IMG/VR virus record: IMGVR_UViG_3300035661_000001
Span: 124,001 to 188,000 of that record
Strand: one strand, 5' to 3'
Length of the DNA stretch: 64,000 nt
The number at the start of each line of letters is the position of its first letter. Position 1 is the first letter of the stretch. Below are positions 39,857-50,394 of the stretch, piece after piece. The notes below the pieces were generated by a model that saw only the letters and a list, made by a program, of their open reading frames with translations, was not told the origin of the DNA and made no database searches. The translations under genes and the position numbers were made by a program.

Positions 39857-40608
39857 GATTTTAATTCTTTCCATTTACGATCTAGAATAAATGAATATTT
39901 ATTTATTTCTAATAAATTTGCTAAATCAATAACATCTTGTTTTCTTTGAATTCTTATTCTTTTCCATTTATTATTCACAATTTGTGAATTAATGTTTCCA
40001 TTAAAACCGAGAGATTTGATGGCATCAGTAAACCAATCAATATTTTGTGGATGATTTATTAATGATATTGAATGTGATTTTTTATGAAATGAAATGCTGC
40101 CATCAGCATCAATTAAACCAATTAAAAATGGTTTTAAATAATTATTTGGGACTGATAAAATAGATGGATTATAAGTTTTATTTCTGACTAATCCTAAATG
40201 CGCCCAGTTTTGTTGCCAGACATCTCCGCTAAGATCTAATCTGACAAATTGATTATAATGTTTAATACATTCTTTTGGTAAATTTAACCATTTTACAAAT
40301 TGTAATAATATACATTTATCTTTATTGTGCAAAGTTACGGTATATTTATATTTTTTGTAACTTTGTACAAGTGATCCGTCCCCTAATGAAAATCCTTAAA
40401 AATAATATTTTTCATCTGAACTATTTAAGATAAAATCCTGATTATAATTAAATTTTAATTTTATTGGATTTGCAAAAAGTCCATTTTTATCTAATATAGA
40501 TTTTATTTTATATTGTGAAACGCCATATAATTTAGATAATTGCCTTATAGAAACATTGTTTTTATGGTGTGATATAATTTCTTGGTCTGGTAGTTGTATG
40601 TATTTCAT
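39838..40608 (-). pseudogene. LAGLIDADG homing endonuclease with in-frame nonsense codon
   Basis: YYF*GFSLGDGS (TAA at 40396-40398) and FLIGLIDADGS in the same frame; paralog of 54748..55548. Confidence 0.8.
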
Positions 40609-40679
40609 ACATTATATATAAAGATATGACCGTATCTCAGCAAGATGCTTGAACAATTTACAAACGAACAAAATAATTT

Positions 40680-41270
40680 ATGATTAAAGATCCCAAATTT
40701 GTTATCTCTGAAGAAGTTTTTGATAAGTGTACAAAATTCGCGCAGGACTCTGTTGAATCTAGTGCTAATAAATATGCTCGTAGAAATCAATGGAATGTCG
40801 CCAAAATAATGGATGACATTAGAAATGGCAAAATAGCTGAGGAAATGGTTTATCAAAAAGTTTCAGAACTATATCCAAATATTTCTAAACCAGATTTTAA
40901 CGTTTACGAAAAGAAAAATAAAAGTTGGGATCCTGATTTAACTGATCCTGCTGTACCTGTAAGAATTGCTGTTAAGTCTCAAGATATTAAAGCTGATCTT
41001 GCATATGGTCGCTCTTGGGTATTTCAATTTGGAAATGGTAAAGTCGATTGTGACACCGGAATTTTTGGTGAGAAAGACAATCATCACTACGTATGTTTTG
41101 TTTCTTTGAATACTCCAAAACGTATTGGAGAGCTACGAAGCATGGTAAAAGTTTCATGGCTACACGAAAAAGAATTATTCAAACCAATGAAGTTGAAAAA
41201 TTTGAGTAGTAAATTAGCTGTGTATTATGATGATTTGGAGCCATTAGCAGATCAATTGTGGCAGCTCTGA
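40680..41270 (+). CDS. hypothetical protein, possible PD-(D/E)XK nuclease fold
   Basis: GKIAEE..PDF..WDPDL..VKS. Confidence 0.55.
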   Translation: MIKDPKFVISEEVFDKCTKFAQDSVESSANKYARRNQWNVAKIMDDIRNGKIAEEMVYQKVSELYPNISKPDFNVYEKKNKSWDPDLTDPAVPVRIAVKSQDIKADLAYGRSWVFQFGNGKVDCDTGIFGEKDNHHYVCFVSLNTPKRIGELRSMVKVSWLHEKELFKPMKLKNLSSKLAVYYDDLEPLADQLWQL

Positions 41271-41285
41271 TGAGTTATTCTTTAA

Positions 41286-41525
41286 TTGATAAAATTAAAG
41301 ATCATGCTTATAAAATGGGCGGCATGTCTGGAAATTCCATATATGAAGTTTGGCATTATGATGCTGAGTCACCGCAATGATGGTTCCGCATATACAATGT
41401 ATGAATTATCGTTACCAGGTGATGAAATAAGTTATCACCGAGAATGGTGGCACATGGGAAAGAAACTCAATTGTTCTTCACAAAAAGAATTTGAGAAACT
41501 ATTGAAGTTGAAAGTATTTTGGTAA
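41286..41525 (+). CDS. hypothetical protein with shared C-terminal motif
   Basis: ends KLLKLKVFW. Confidence 0.6.
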   Translation: MIKLKIMLIKWAACLEIPYMKFGIMMLSHRNDGSAYTMYELSLPGDEISYHREWWHMGKKLNCSSQKEFEKLLKLKVFW

Positions 41526-41526
41526 T

Positions 41527-42333
41527 ATGACGATTACACCTTTTCGTTATCCTGGGGCAAAAAACAAAATGCTTCCACTCATCATGCATTATTTGGATCA
41601 AATAATATCAGATGAAAATCATTTTATCGATTTATTTGTTGGCGGCGGATCTGTTTTATTAGAAGTCGCAAATAGATATCCAGATATTAAGCTTTATGCT
41701 AATGATAAAGATTATTGGATTTCTTCTTTTTGGAGCGTCGTCGCTGGAGACGATTCCAAAAAATTAGGCGAGCTGCTTGCCCGAGTCGAGGTGCAGCCGA
41801 CGCTAGATCTATTTTATAAATTGCGTGGAGAGCCACCAGCGGACGACGTAGAGTGCGCCTACCGAGCTATTTTTTTCAACAGGACGACCTTCTCTGGAAT
41901 TTTTAATAGTGGACCAATTGGTGGTAAAGGTCAGAAAAGTAAATACACAATTGATTGTAGATATAATGTCGATAAAATTCAGAAAAAGATTTTGAATTGT
42001 GCTAGACTTTTATCAGGAAGAACTCAAGTTACTTGTTTAGATTTTTCTGATCATCCAGAATTTATTAATACAGATTATCCTGTTTATTTAGATCCTCCGT
42101 ATGTAAAAGCTGGGAAAGCTTTATATGCCGTGTTCATGGATAATAATGAACACATTCACTTAGCATCTTTATTATCAAAAAAGAAAAATTGGATCCTTTC
42201 ATATGACGATCATGAATTAATCAGATCTTTGTATAAAAATTGTGATTTTTATGATGCTGAAAGAAATTATAGTATTAATGGTTCGAAGACCGAGTGGTCT
42301 CAGAAAACAGAGTTAATTATAGTCCCGAAATGA
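41527..42333 (+). CDS. DNA adenine methyltransferase (D12/Dam class)
   Basis: PFRYPG.K, DLFVGGGSV, ND, FNRT.FSG, YLDPPY, LSYDD, TEL. Confidence 0.92.
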   Translation: MTITPFRYPGAKNKMLPLIMHYLDQIISDENHFIDLFVGGGSVLLEVANRYPDIKLYANDKDYWISSFWSVVAGDDSKKLGELLARVEVQPTLDLFYKLRGEPPADDVECAYRAIFFNRTTFSGIFNSGPIGGKGQKSKYTIDCRYNVDKIQKKILNCARLLSGRTQVTCLDFSDHPEFINTDYPVYLDPPYVKAGKALYAVFMDNNEHIHLASLLSKKKNWILSYDDHELIRSLYKNCDFYDAERNYSINGSKTEWSQKTELIIVPK

Positions 42334-42520
42334 GTGTTTTATGAATGGCAGTTTTATTCGACTCGATGAATCTTGGATTGGCAAGACAGTTTTATATGGA
42401 AACCAGACAGCTATTAAAGGGTGTCATTGTGAAACTTGCACATGTATTGATTACTAATTATATTTGATATTTTGTAAATAAAAAACATGATTTAACCTTT
42501 CTTTTATAAGGAATCTATAA

Positions 42521-42835
42521 ATGAATACAGTGATATTGATAGCTTCGATCTACGGGCTTGTATTTTTGATTAAAGAAACTGATGGTCCATGGGGAACGAT
42601 CAGTTGGTTTAGAAACAAATTAATGAACAATAAGTTTGTAGGAGTATTTTTCTACAAATTACTATCTTGTTATTTTTGCTCTGGTTGTCATGCCGGTTGG
42701 ATGGTCTATTTGTTAAGCGCCTCATACCATGAATGGTCTGTAAACAATTTTGTTTTATGGATCTTGGCTGGTGGAGCTATTAGTTTTATATTGAATTTGA
42801 TTGTAGAAAAATTAAGCAATCAGTCGGAGATATGA
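42521..42835 (+). CDS. small membrane protein (DUF1360-like)
   Basis: Hydrophobic segments; DGP..FR..LLSCYFC.G. Confidence 0.6.
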   Translation: MNTVILIASIYGLVFLIKETDGPWGTISWFRNKLMNNKFVGVFFYKLLSCYFCSGCHAGWMVYLLSASYHEWSVNNFVLWILAGGAISFILNLIVEKLSNQSEI

Positions 42836-43224
42836 TGGACTCATATGCGCTTTTTGAAGATATCATTTTTAATGATCTAGATGATAATTGCCCTTACAAC
42901 AACTCTTCAAATTACGAAGATTCTACTATTAAATATAATGATAATAATGTCAGAATTGTGGCTTCATCATTAGATTTTTGTTATGACATAACAACTGAAA
43001 AATATAGTGTTGTATGGTATGTCTCACCAACAGACGAGATAATAGTTTACGGGCGCGAATCTAAAACACATTTGCTCCAGTGTGCAAAAATATTTGATAT
43101 GTCTTACTTAGCAGAAATAGAAGATAATTCAGTTAACCCAGGCAAACTAGAAATTTTATACAGTTGTTCTGAACTTGTTGATAAACAAATAGATAGGTTG
43201 TTGAATTTAAAAGCATTTTTATGA
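42832..43224 (+). CDS. hypothetical protein with shared C-terminal motif
   Basis: ends RLLNLKAFL. Confidence 0.7.
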   Translation: MMDSYALFEDIIFNDLDDNCPYNNSSNYEDSTIKYNDNNVRIVASSLDFCYDITTEKYSVVWYVSPTDEIIVYGRESKTHLLQCAKIFDMSYLAEIEDNSVNPGKLEILYSCSELVDKQIDRLLNLKAFL

Positions 43225-43463
43225 ATAAAATATTAAACGAACAAGAAAAGATCAAAATGACGGAACTTCGTGAAAGAAGTGGAAACGTAACTATTGATAG
43301 TCGTTTAGTTAGTTTTTTATACGAATTGATGAGAGATCATTTACCAACTGGCGTCGTAGAAGAAATAATATTAGCATCAGAAAATGAATCGGAAGTTACA
43401 TATAGTAATGGCTATTTAGCCAAGTATGCTGAAGATTTGGCTAATAGATTAAAGGATAAATAA
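43221..43463 (+). CDS. hypothetical protein
   Basis: 80 aa ORF, coupled start/stop. Confidence 0.7.
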   Translation: MNKILNEQEKIKMTELRERSGNVTIDSRLVSFLYELMRDHLPTGVVEEIILASENESEVTYSNGYLAKYAEDLANRLKDK

Positions 43464-43464
43464 T

Positions 43465-43785
43465 ATGGGAATGGATGCAGGGGCTGAATTTGGTTACGGA
43501 TTTAAATTAACCAATAAAAAATTGATTGAAAAAATCAATGAAGAAGAATTAGATCTAAATAAAGATTTAGATGTAATGTTTCATGGCGGTGATAACTGTG
43601 AAATCTTATTAATTTGTATTAAAAAAAGTACTATTAGTACAAGTAATTGGAATGATCCAAAAATGTTTTCCTCTGATAAACTTGTAGTTAAAGAGGATTG
43701 GGATGAGAAATTACAAGCTTGGGCTAAAGAAAACAAAATTTCTAAACCTAAAATTGGTTGGTGGCTTTACTGCTCAATGGGGTAA
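43465..43785 (+). CDS. hypothetical protein
   Basis: 106 aa ORF. Confidence 0.7.
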   Translation: MGMDAGAEFGYGFKLTNKKLIEKINEEELDLNKDLDVMFHGGDNCEILLICIKKSTISTSNWNDPKMFSSDKLVVKEDWDEKLQAWAKENKISKPKIGWWLYCSMG

Positions 43786-43788
43786 ATT

Positions 43789-44148
43789 ATGATTACAATG
43801 CAAGTAACTAAAGAAGAATACGATTCGATTCACAAAGCCCGTGAAGAGCAAGGGTTTTATAAATCAAGTAAAATAGGTTTACTTAATGAAGATATGTGGC
43901 AGTTTCACAAAACTCATGAATTTGATATGCTAAATAGCATATCACTTTTTACGACAACAGATAAAGAAAAATTCATTAACAATCTTCCAGGGCAATTTAA
44001 ATTGTATTGTCCTAAAGGAACTAAATTTTTCTGTCATGCAAATGGTAATGAAGAGATTTGGACGGGTCCTGATGATGCGTTTGAATCTATGTCTGCTGGT
44101 TGGGCAAAAAGACATCTAACAGATATTGAGCCATATGAACAAGATTAA
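43789..44148 (+). CDS. hypothetical protein
   Basis: 119 aa ORF. Confidence 0.7.
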   Translation: MITMQVTKEEYDSIHKAREEQGFYKSSKIGLLNEDMWQFHKTHEFDMLNSISLFTTTDKEKFINNLPGQFKLYCPKGTKFFCHANGNEEIWTGPDDAFESMSAGWAKRHLTDIEPYEQD

Positions 44149-44337
44149 ATTACCTCCTCGTGAACAAGTATATTTTACTGTTATGAAATGGTCAAAATAT
44201 CATACAAATGGTTGTGATTTAATGTGTTCAAATTTATCTTGTAATAGATCATGTATATCTTGGAAAGATAATTATCCTAATTTTTGTATAGATTGCGGTC
44301 ATAAACTATATGCACCACAAACAGATGAGTATTGATT

Positions 44338-44420
44338 ATGACCTGGAAAGATGTTTTTCAAGAAGAATCTCAAAAAGACTACTATAAAAATATAATTACA
44401 TTTTTGCAAGAAGATATAGA
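44338..44420 (+). pseudogene. N-terminal fragment of uracil-DNA glycosylase (Ung)
   Basis: MTWKDVFQEESQKDYYKNIITFL resembles the family-1 UDG N-terminus (TW.DVL.EE....Y), then unrelated sequence. Confidence 0.55.
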
Positions 44421-44518
44421 TATTACCATTATAGGCGTAATGGTAATAGAGTGTATAGAAAATAAACACATTATTTTTAGTGAGATTTTTGATAATGATT
44501 TTAATCAATTAAAATGGA

Positions 44519-44962
44519 GTGATTATGTCTATTAAGTTTTATAAAATCAAAGATCCTCATGGTTACATGAGTAACTATTCTCGTCATAGATTTTTTGTTT
44601 ATGGTCGATGGTGGAATTGTGTCGAAGCTCCTTATCAAGCTGCAAAAACTTTTGATGAAGCAGAAAAAAACCTTATCCATCAAGCAAAAGGTTCTAATGA
44701 GGCAAGACTTTTAGGACAAAAAGTTACTTTCCGTTCAGATTGGGATCAAGTCAAAGATATTGTAATGGAAGAGTGTTTAATAGCTAAATTTCTACAACAT
44801 AAAGACATACGAGATCAATTAATAGCAACAGGTGAAGAAGAGCTTATAGAAGATACTACATCATCTAATGATATGTATTGGGGATGTGGTACCGATGGTA
44901 CTGGTCAAAATAAACTAGGTAAAATACTTATGAAGGTAAGAAAAGAATTAAAGGGCGAATAA
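44519..44962 (+). CDS. NADAR (YbiA-like) ADP-ribose/N-glycosidase
   Basis: G.MSN, E..YQA.K, R.DWDQVK..VM....AKFLQH, L.ATG, L.ED..D.YWG.G.DG.G.N.LG.ILM.VR. Confidence 0.92.
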   Translation: MIMSIKFYKIKDPHGYMSNYSRHRFFVYGRWWNCVEAPYQAAKTFDEAEKNLIHQAKGSNEARLLGQKVTFRSDWDQVKDIVMEECLIAKFLQHKDIRDQLIATGEEELIEDTTSSNDMYWGCGTDGTGQNKLGKILMKVRKELKGE

Positions 44963-45613
44963 TTACTGTTGAAACAATGTCCAGCCTTGACAAGATGGTC
45001 TATTGCCTTTAACCATAGAATTCATATTTCCTTTATGAAGATTATATTTTCGACAATGTTCTGCCATATTTTTTACAATCATAATTTCACCTTCTGGTGA
45101 TACTATGGTGTAAGTTTTAGAAAACTTATCAATACTTTCTTGTGCGTGATGTTTACCATAAAAAGCGTTATTACTCCCTTTATTGGCATCTGATATTTTC
45201 TTTTTTTGTTCTAGTGGTAATGTTTTGCCCTTATGAGCATTGGACATATTTTGTCGAGCTTCAATAGAGCGCTTTTTACCCGTATTAGCAGCGGCTATTT
45301 TGTTTCTAGTTTCCAATGACATAGAACCTTTTCCGTTACCAGCTCTTAAATTATAGCCATTGGGAGACCAAGTTTTTAATTCGTTAGTATAAAAATTTTC
45401 CTGTTCATTTAATTGCTGTTGTGATGAACAGGATGTTAAGATTTGTATGGTGAAATTTTCTTTACCATATTTAACAATAGCTTTACATATAGGCATGCTA
45501 TTTTTAGAAGTAGACTTCCAACAATGGCGCCGCCATCTCTTTTCAAGAGATTGAATAGTTTGTCCAACATATTGTTTTTTATTAAGCACATTAGTAATAA
45601 GGTATATAATCAT
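44963..45613 (-). CDS. GIY-YIG homing endonuclease (NUMOD3)
   Basis: IIYLITN..YVGQT..RW..H; PNGYNL. Confidence 0.9.
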   Translation of the reverse strand: MIIYLITNVLNKKQYVGQTIQSLEKRWRRHCWKSTSKNSMPICKAIVKYGKENFTIQILTSCSSQQQLNEQENFYTNELKTWSPNGYNLRAGNGKGSMSLETRNKIAAANTGKKRSIEARQNMSNAHKGKTLPLEQKKKISDANKGSNNAFYGKHHAQESIDKFSKTYTIVSPEGEIMIVKNMAEHCRKYNLHKGNMNSMVKGNRPSCQGWTLFQQ

Positions 45614-45664
45614 ATACTCTTACAATATTATTGATAGGACAATCTTCATTAAAAAGAGAGTAGT

Positions 45665-46222
45665 TTATTTCTTTTCTACTTTTGTAACATTCGCTGCATC
45701 CGTTGAAGGCGCATATATTTCTTTTTCAAATTTCAGAGGAATTGTCTCAACCAATTTAGATTTTTGTGATAAAGTATTTTTTGTAGTGTAAGCTAATCGT
45801 AATAAATTATTTATACTGTTTACTCTAACTTGCGAAAACCCACTATGTGGGGTAAAATCAATTTCTTTTGATTTTAAGAATTTTTGAATTTCAGCATGTA
45901 GATTAATAAGAAGCGTTTTAACTGCTTTAGAAAACAGATATACTAATACCATATCTATGCTTTCAAGTGGTTGACTATCATTTAATGATTTGAATTTGTC
46001 ACGCAAAATTTGATGAAGGTCTTTAAATGATTTTAATAGGTTTTTATCCGCCCCTTTAATTCTTAAAGTTAATAGATCTCCGTCCATTTCATTTAAAACA
46101 GATCGTAATTCAGATTTGAATTTGTTAAAATATTCTTGTATTTCTAATTTAGAATTATTAGCTTCTTCTGCAATTTTAATAGAGAATTTTTGAGCCAATT
46201 TTAAAATGTTATTATATGACAT
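45665..46222 (-). CDS. hypothetical helical protein
   Basis: 185 aa ORF with aagga RBS. Confidence 0.7.
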   Translation of the reverse strand: MSYNNILKLAQKFSIKIAEEANNSKLEIQEYFNKFKSELRSVLNEMDGDLLTLRIKGADKNLLKSFKDLHQILRDKFKSLNDSQPLESIDMVLVYLFSKAVKTLLINLHAEIQKFLKSKEIDFTPHSGFSQVRVNSINNLLRLAYTTKNTLSQKSKLVETIPLKFEKEIYAPSTDAANVTKVEKK

Positions 46223-46252
46223 AATTTTTCCTTAACATCATAATATGAAAAT

Positions 46253-46837
46253 ATGAATAATTTACAAGAAGTTTGGGAGCATTGTTTATTTTGTCCTCTA
46301 TGTCAAGACGTTTGTCGAGAGATGCATATGGCTCCTTTTTTAAAAGGAGCATTAATAGATAATATTAACAAACAAAATAATACTCTTGAATTTGATTGTC
46401 AAATCACTATAGTAAAAAAATCTTCCAAAAACATAAAAATTCATTATGTTATTGATCTAATTAATAATTCTTTTGAATCAAAAACACTTGATCCTAGTGA
46501 TGAGATGACAATAATTAATATGTCTGTAGGTATACAAGGCATATGTAAAAAATGTGAAGGCACTCTTTCCATATCTTCATCATTTGATATGGAAATCAAA
46601 TCTAAAACTATTTCAAATTTTGAAATAGCTAAAGATAGTGTAACTTTATTTGATGAAAATAATTATTATTGCATTACAGTTTTGAACTATTCAAAACAAT
46701 TATTAGTATCAAAATCATCTGATAAAGATTCTGGGCACTTCATTTCTGGAGCTATTATTCTGCCTTTTATAAATTTGGATTTTGCTAATCCAAAAGCTGT
46801 AATTTCAAAAATTAAAACTTTACTACTTTTTTCATAA
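46253..46837 (+). CDS. Zn-ribbon hypothetical protein with shared C-terminal motif
   Basis: CPLC, CKKC; LPFI; ends KIKTLLLFS. Confidence 0.72.
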   Translation: MNNLQEVWEHCLFCPLCQDVCREMHMAPFLKGALIDNINKQNNTLEFDCQITIVKKSSKNIKIHYVIDLINNSFESKTLDPSDEMTIINMSVGIQGICKKCEGTLSISSSFDMEIKSKTISNFEIAKDSVTLFDENNYYCITVLNYSKQLLVSKSSDKDSGHFISGAIILPFINLDFANPKAVISKIKTLLLFS

Positions 46838-46875
46838 ATATACGCACAACAAACCTATAATTAATAAGGTGGTCT

Positions 46876-47079
46876 ATGGCAACATTTTTCGAAGCAAATC
46901 AAGCACGAATGTCCTTAAAAATGAAACTAAGCAATTTTGCTTGGTACAATTGGAGTGTAGTTATATCCGAACAAGATGGTTATTCTATTTTAATAAACGT
47001 GAAGAAAATAGATAATTCTGTTAGAAAGCTTGTGGCGCCAGTAGTAAAAGGTGTTAGTACAAGATTGGAGCTAGAATGA
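46876..47079 (+). CDS. hypothetical protein
   Basis: 67 aa ORF with aaggtgg RBS. Confidence 0.65.
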   Translation: MATFFEANQARMSLKMKLSNFAWYNWSVVISEQDGYSILINVKKIDNSVRKLVAPVVKGVSTRLELE

Positions 47080-47104
47080 ATAGAGCAAATAAAGGTTTAA
47101 TAAA

Positions 47105-47773
47105 TTGAAACTAGTAATTATTTCTGATACACATGGACAACATAGTTTTGATCTCCCAGAAGGAGATATTTTAATTCACTGCGGTGATTTCACAAAAAAG
47201 GGCGGGCTGCTTGAAATAAAAGATTTTATGAATTGGTTTGAAAAACAATCATTTTCTAATAAAGTTTTAATCGCAGGCAATCATGAATTAGGTTTAGATC
47301 GTGGTCCAGCTCGAGAAAGTAAATTAGAGATAATCACTGATTATACTGAAAGAAATCCTAATCTTTTTTATTTAGAAAATTCGGGAGTAGAAATTGAAGG
47401 TTTGAAAATTTGGGGATCTCCTAATACTCCGTTCTTTTATAATTGGGCTTTTAACTCCCATCGGGGAGAAGATATTGATAAGGTTTGGAATATGATCCCT
47501 CAAGATTGTAATATTTTGATTACTCATGGTCCGCCTGCTGGTATTTTGGATATTGTCCCATCCGACAGGTTGCTCGGACCAGATGAGAAAATTGGCTGTG
47601 AAGGTCTGTTAAACAAGATCGGTCAATTGAAAGATTTGAAATTACATGCATTCGGACACATTCATACTGGTCATGGAATTATGATCAAAGATAATGTAAC
47701 ATTCGTTAATGCATCTATTTGTGGCGATCGTGGTCATGTTGTAGAATATAATCCTATAGTTATTGAATGGTGA
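47105..47773 (+). CDS. metallophosphoesterase (MPPED-like)
   Basis: ISDTH, HCGD, AGNHE, THGPP, FGHIH. Confidence 0.92.
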   Translation: MKLVIISDTHGQHSFDLPEGDILIHCGDFTKKGGLLEIKDFMNWFEKQSFSNKVLIAGNHELGLDRGPARESKLEIITDYTERNPNLFYLENSGVEIEGLKIWGSPNTPFFYNWAFNSHRGEDIDKVWNMIPQDCNILITHGPPAGILDIVPSDRLLGPDEKIGCEGLLNKIGQLKDLKLHAFGHIHTGHGIMIKDNVTFVNASICGDRGHVVEYNPIVIEW

Positions 47774-48213
47774 GGTATGGGAGTGAGACATACGGAATGT
47801 ACTGGATGTGGGCGCTCAGGGAGCGCTCATGAAGATACAAATTATATTTACGAGTGTGGTCGGTGTGAACTTGATAGATTAAATTCACGAATCAAAAGAT
47901 CTGTCAAACAGATTTGGTGGATTGAATTATTATATTGGTTAACCGATAAAAAATCTACTATCTATTATAGAGAAAATATTAAACAATTACACGAATTAAT
48001 TGTGAAAAATATATGAATTTCAGTGACGGTTATAGTTTCGAACAAACATGGGAAAAGGTAAAGTTTGTATCTTGCCCAAAATGTAATAAAAACAATGTTG
48101 TTCATCAATCTCATGAATACTCTCAAGCAAACCTGAGAGAAGAACATTATAAATGCAAGTCTTGTAATAACAAATGGATTGATTCAAAATCAATTCATTA
48201 AAGGTAAAAATCA

Positions 48214-48570
48214 ATGCATATTAAACCTAAAGAAATTTTTGTTAACCTGCCTATTGCGTTAACATTTGAGAATGCAGATGGAATTCTTGCATTTGTTTCT
48301 AATATCAATACCATTATTCATGGCAAAGTAAAAGTCAAATGTGAAGAACTAGGAAGTTTGGGAGGGAAACATGTTGGAATTTTCTACATCCAAAGAAATG
48401 GAGAATATCAGGAATTGCGAAATTCATTCATGGAATTAATTGAGAATGAAGAGATGGAACAACCACATCTTTTCAAAGATCTTAAACCATTAGAAGAATA
48501 TTCAGATAATGATTTGTTTAGACATCTAGAAAGTGCGGCAGACGACCCATCCGGCGGAAGCTCATTTTAA
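48214..48570 (+). CDS. hypothetical protein
   Basis: 118 aa ORF. Confidence 0.65.
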   Translation: MHIKPKEIFVNLPIALTFENADGILAFVSNINTIIHGKVKVKCEELGSLGGKHVGIFYIQRNGEYQELRNSFMELIENEEMEQPHLFKDLKPLEEYSDNDLFRHLESAADDPSGGSSF

Positions 48571-48572
48571 TT

Positions 48573-48884
48573 ATGAAATGTAAATTTTGTACTTCAGAAC
48601 TTGAAGTTAAGCGTTTTCAATATGTAGATTATATGATATGTAGTCATCATAAACCCTCAAAAGTAGTATATAGATATGTAGCACCATATGGTGATAAATG
48701 GACTATTACTCATGGTGATTATAGTTTGTACTATAATAAAGGTAGAACACTTTTTCGAAAAATAAATGAAAAATCCGAAAAATCACAAGAATTTTATACG
48801 ATCATTAAAAGATTTGATCATGAATTAAATATTAAACCCGAAGATTTTGGTAAAAAAATACCAACATTATTAACATTTTTATGA
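48573..48884 (+). CDS. Zn-ribbon protein with shared C-terminal motif
   Basis: MKCKFC..C..H; IKPEDF; ends KIPTLLTFL. Confidence 0.72.
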   Translation: MKCKFCTSELEVKRFQYVDYMICSHHKPSKVVYRYVAPYGDKWTITHGDYSLYYNKGRTLFRKINEKSEKSQEFYTIIKRFDHELNIKPEDFGKKIPTLLTFL

Positions 48885-49174
48885 ATTGTAATTTTTGTAA
48901 AAGAGGTACTGTTCCTCATATTGTAAAAGTCAGTGGAGTATATAAAACATTTTATCAATGTTTTCGACATCCTAAATTAAGGGTTTCGTGGAAAACACCA
49001 GGAGTATTTGGAATCTCTAATGGTTCTTATAGAATAAGAAATGTTCCTGGTGGAAAATTCTATTTAGATAGATTACTGCCTAGTTTAAAAGTGTTAATGA
49101 GATTAGAAAGTGATCCTAAAGTAACACCTGAGAATTTTGAAAAGAAATTGAAAGTTCTACTGGCATTTTCGTGA
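48881..49174 (+). CDS. Zn-ribbon protein with shared C-terminal motif
   Basis: MNCNFC..C..H; VTPENF; ends KLKVLLAFS. Confidence 0.72.
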   Translation: MNCNFCKRGTVPHIVKVSGVYKTFYQCFRHPKLRVSWKTPGVFGISNGSYRIRNVPGGKFYLDRLLPSLKVLMRLESDPKVTPENFEKKLKVLLAFS

Positions 49175-49594
49175 GGCGTTTATATGAATGAATTTTTAAT
49201 TAAAATAGATGGACAAGTACCAATTCTTTGCAAAGCAGATAAATTAAAATCTACAGTATTGGAGTTACGTAAAATTCATGAACAAAAAAATATTCATTGT
49301 TATGAATTAGGTGAAAAGCATTTGATTCGAGATATACTGTGGTTTAGGAATACGCCATGATTATTTTTATACTTGTGTTCATATTAACAACAGTATGTTT
49401 TCAATTTATATCATATCATTTAAAATCCAAAAGGAACTTAAGATTAATATTTTCTGACTGGAATGCTACATTGGAATTGTGGGGAGGTTTAAATAAATTA
49501 CTAGCTGCTAAATCTAAAGTTGATGTTGATTCTTTATATGAAGAAGCATTGAGAAACATATGTGTTCAAGAAAAAATTCAAAGAGTAGCTTGTA

Positions 49595-49918
49595 ATGAAA
49601 AATAATTTTAAATGTACTTTTTGTAATAAAGCATGTAAGTTTTCTAAAAGAAAGAAAAAGCATTATTGCAATAACCATTTAATTATAGTATGTTATACTA
49701 TATAATATGGCGATCCCAAAGAAGTAAATTATTATGAATTAATATCTGATGAATTTCGCGCTGTAATAACAGATCATGAATATCAACAATATACAAGTAT
49801 ATTTAATGAAAATATTTCTGATGTCAAATATAAAAAAATATTTACCTTGCCATATGTCGTAAATATTACTCCTGACAATTTTAAAGAAAAAATCAAAACA
49901 CTAATAACATTTAGCTGA
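49595..49918 (+). pseudogene. Zn-ribbon paralog with shared C-terminal motif and in-frame TAA at 49703
   Basis: MKNNFKCTFC..C..H..*..ITPDNFKEKIKTLITFS in a single frame. Confidence 0.65.
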
Positions 49919-50394
49919 AATATTATGGAATATAAATTTATAATTGAAAACAAAGGATCAATTACTTTAATTTCTGATTTGAAAGAATTAAAAAATACGA
50001 TAATTGAATTGAAAAAATCTAATGATTTAAAAGATATTATATGTCATGAAGTGGGTAAAAGAATTTTAATTAGAGAATTATTTTAAAATGAAATTTACAA
50101 ACAGTATATTGATAATAAATGATAATTTATCATATAATAATGTTGATGGTAATTACTCTAATAATTCTAAAACAATTATAAGTAAAACATTAAATAAAGG
50201 TTTTGCAGGAGTTACGCCACCTTTTAATAATATAAAATTTAATATTGATATACAATTATTAGTTGACGATAAATTTGAAATTTTTGATTCAAATAATCTA
50301 TTAATTATTAGTGGGAAAATTAAACAAATAATGCCTCGTAATTCTTATTTATTTGCGAGAGTACACAGCCCAGATAATCTATGAATAATATTGA

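Noticed and set aside
40396-49705. Stop-codon reassignment suggested by two in-frame TAA codons
   Set aside because: TAA, TAG and TGA all terminate well-conserved genes correctly, and no suppressor tRNA was found; these are point lesions.
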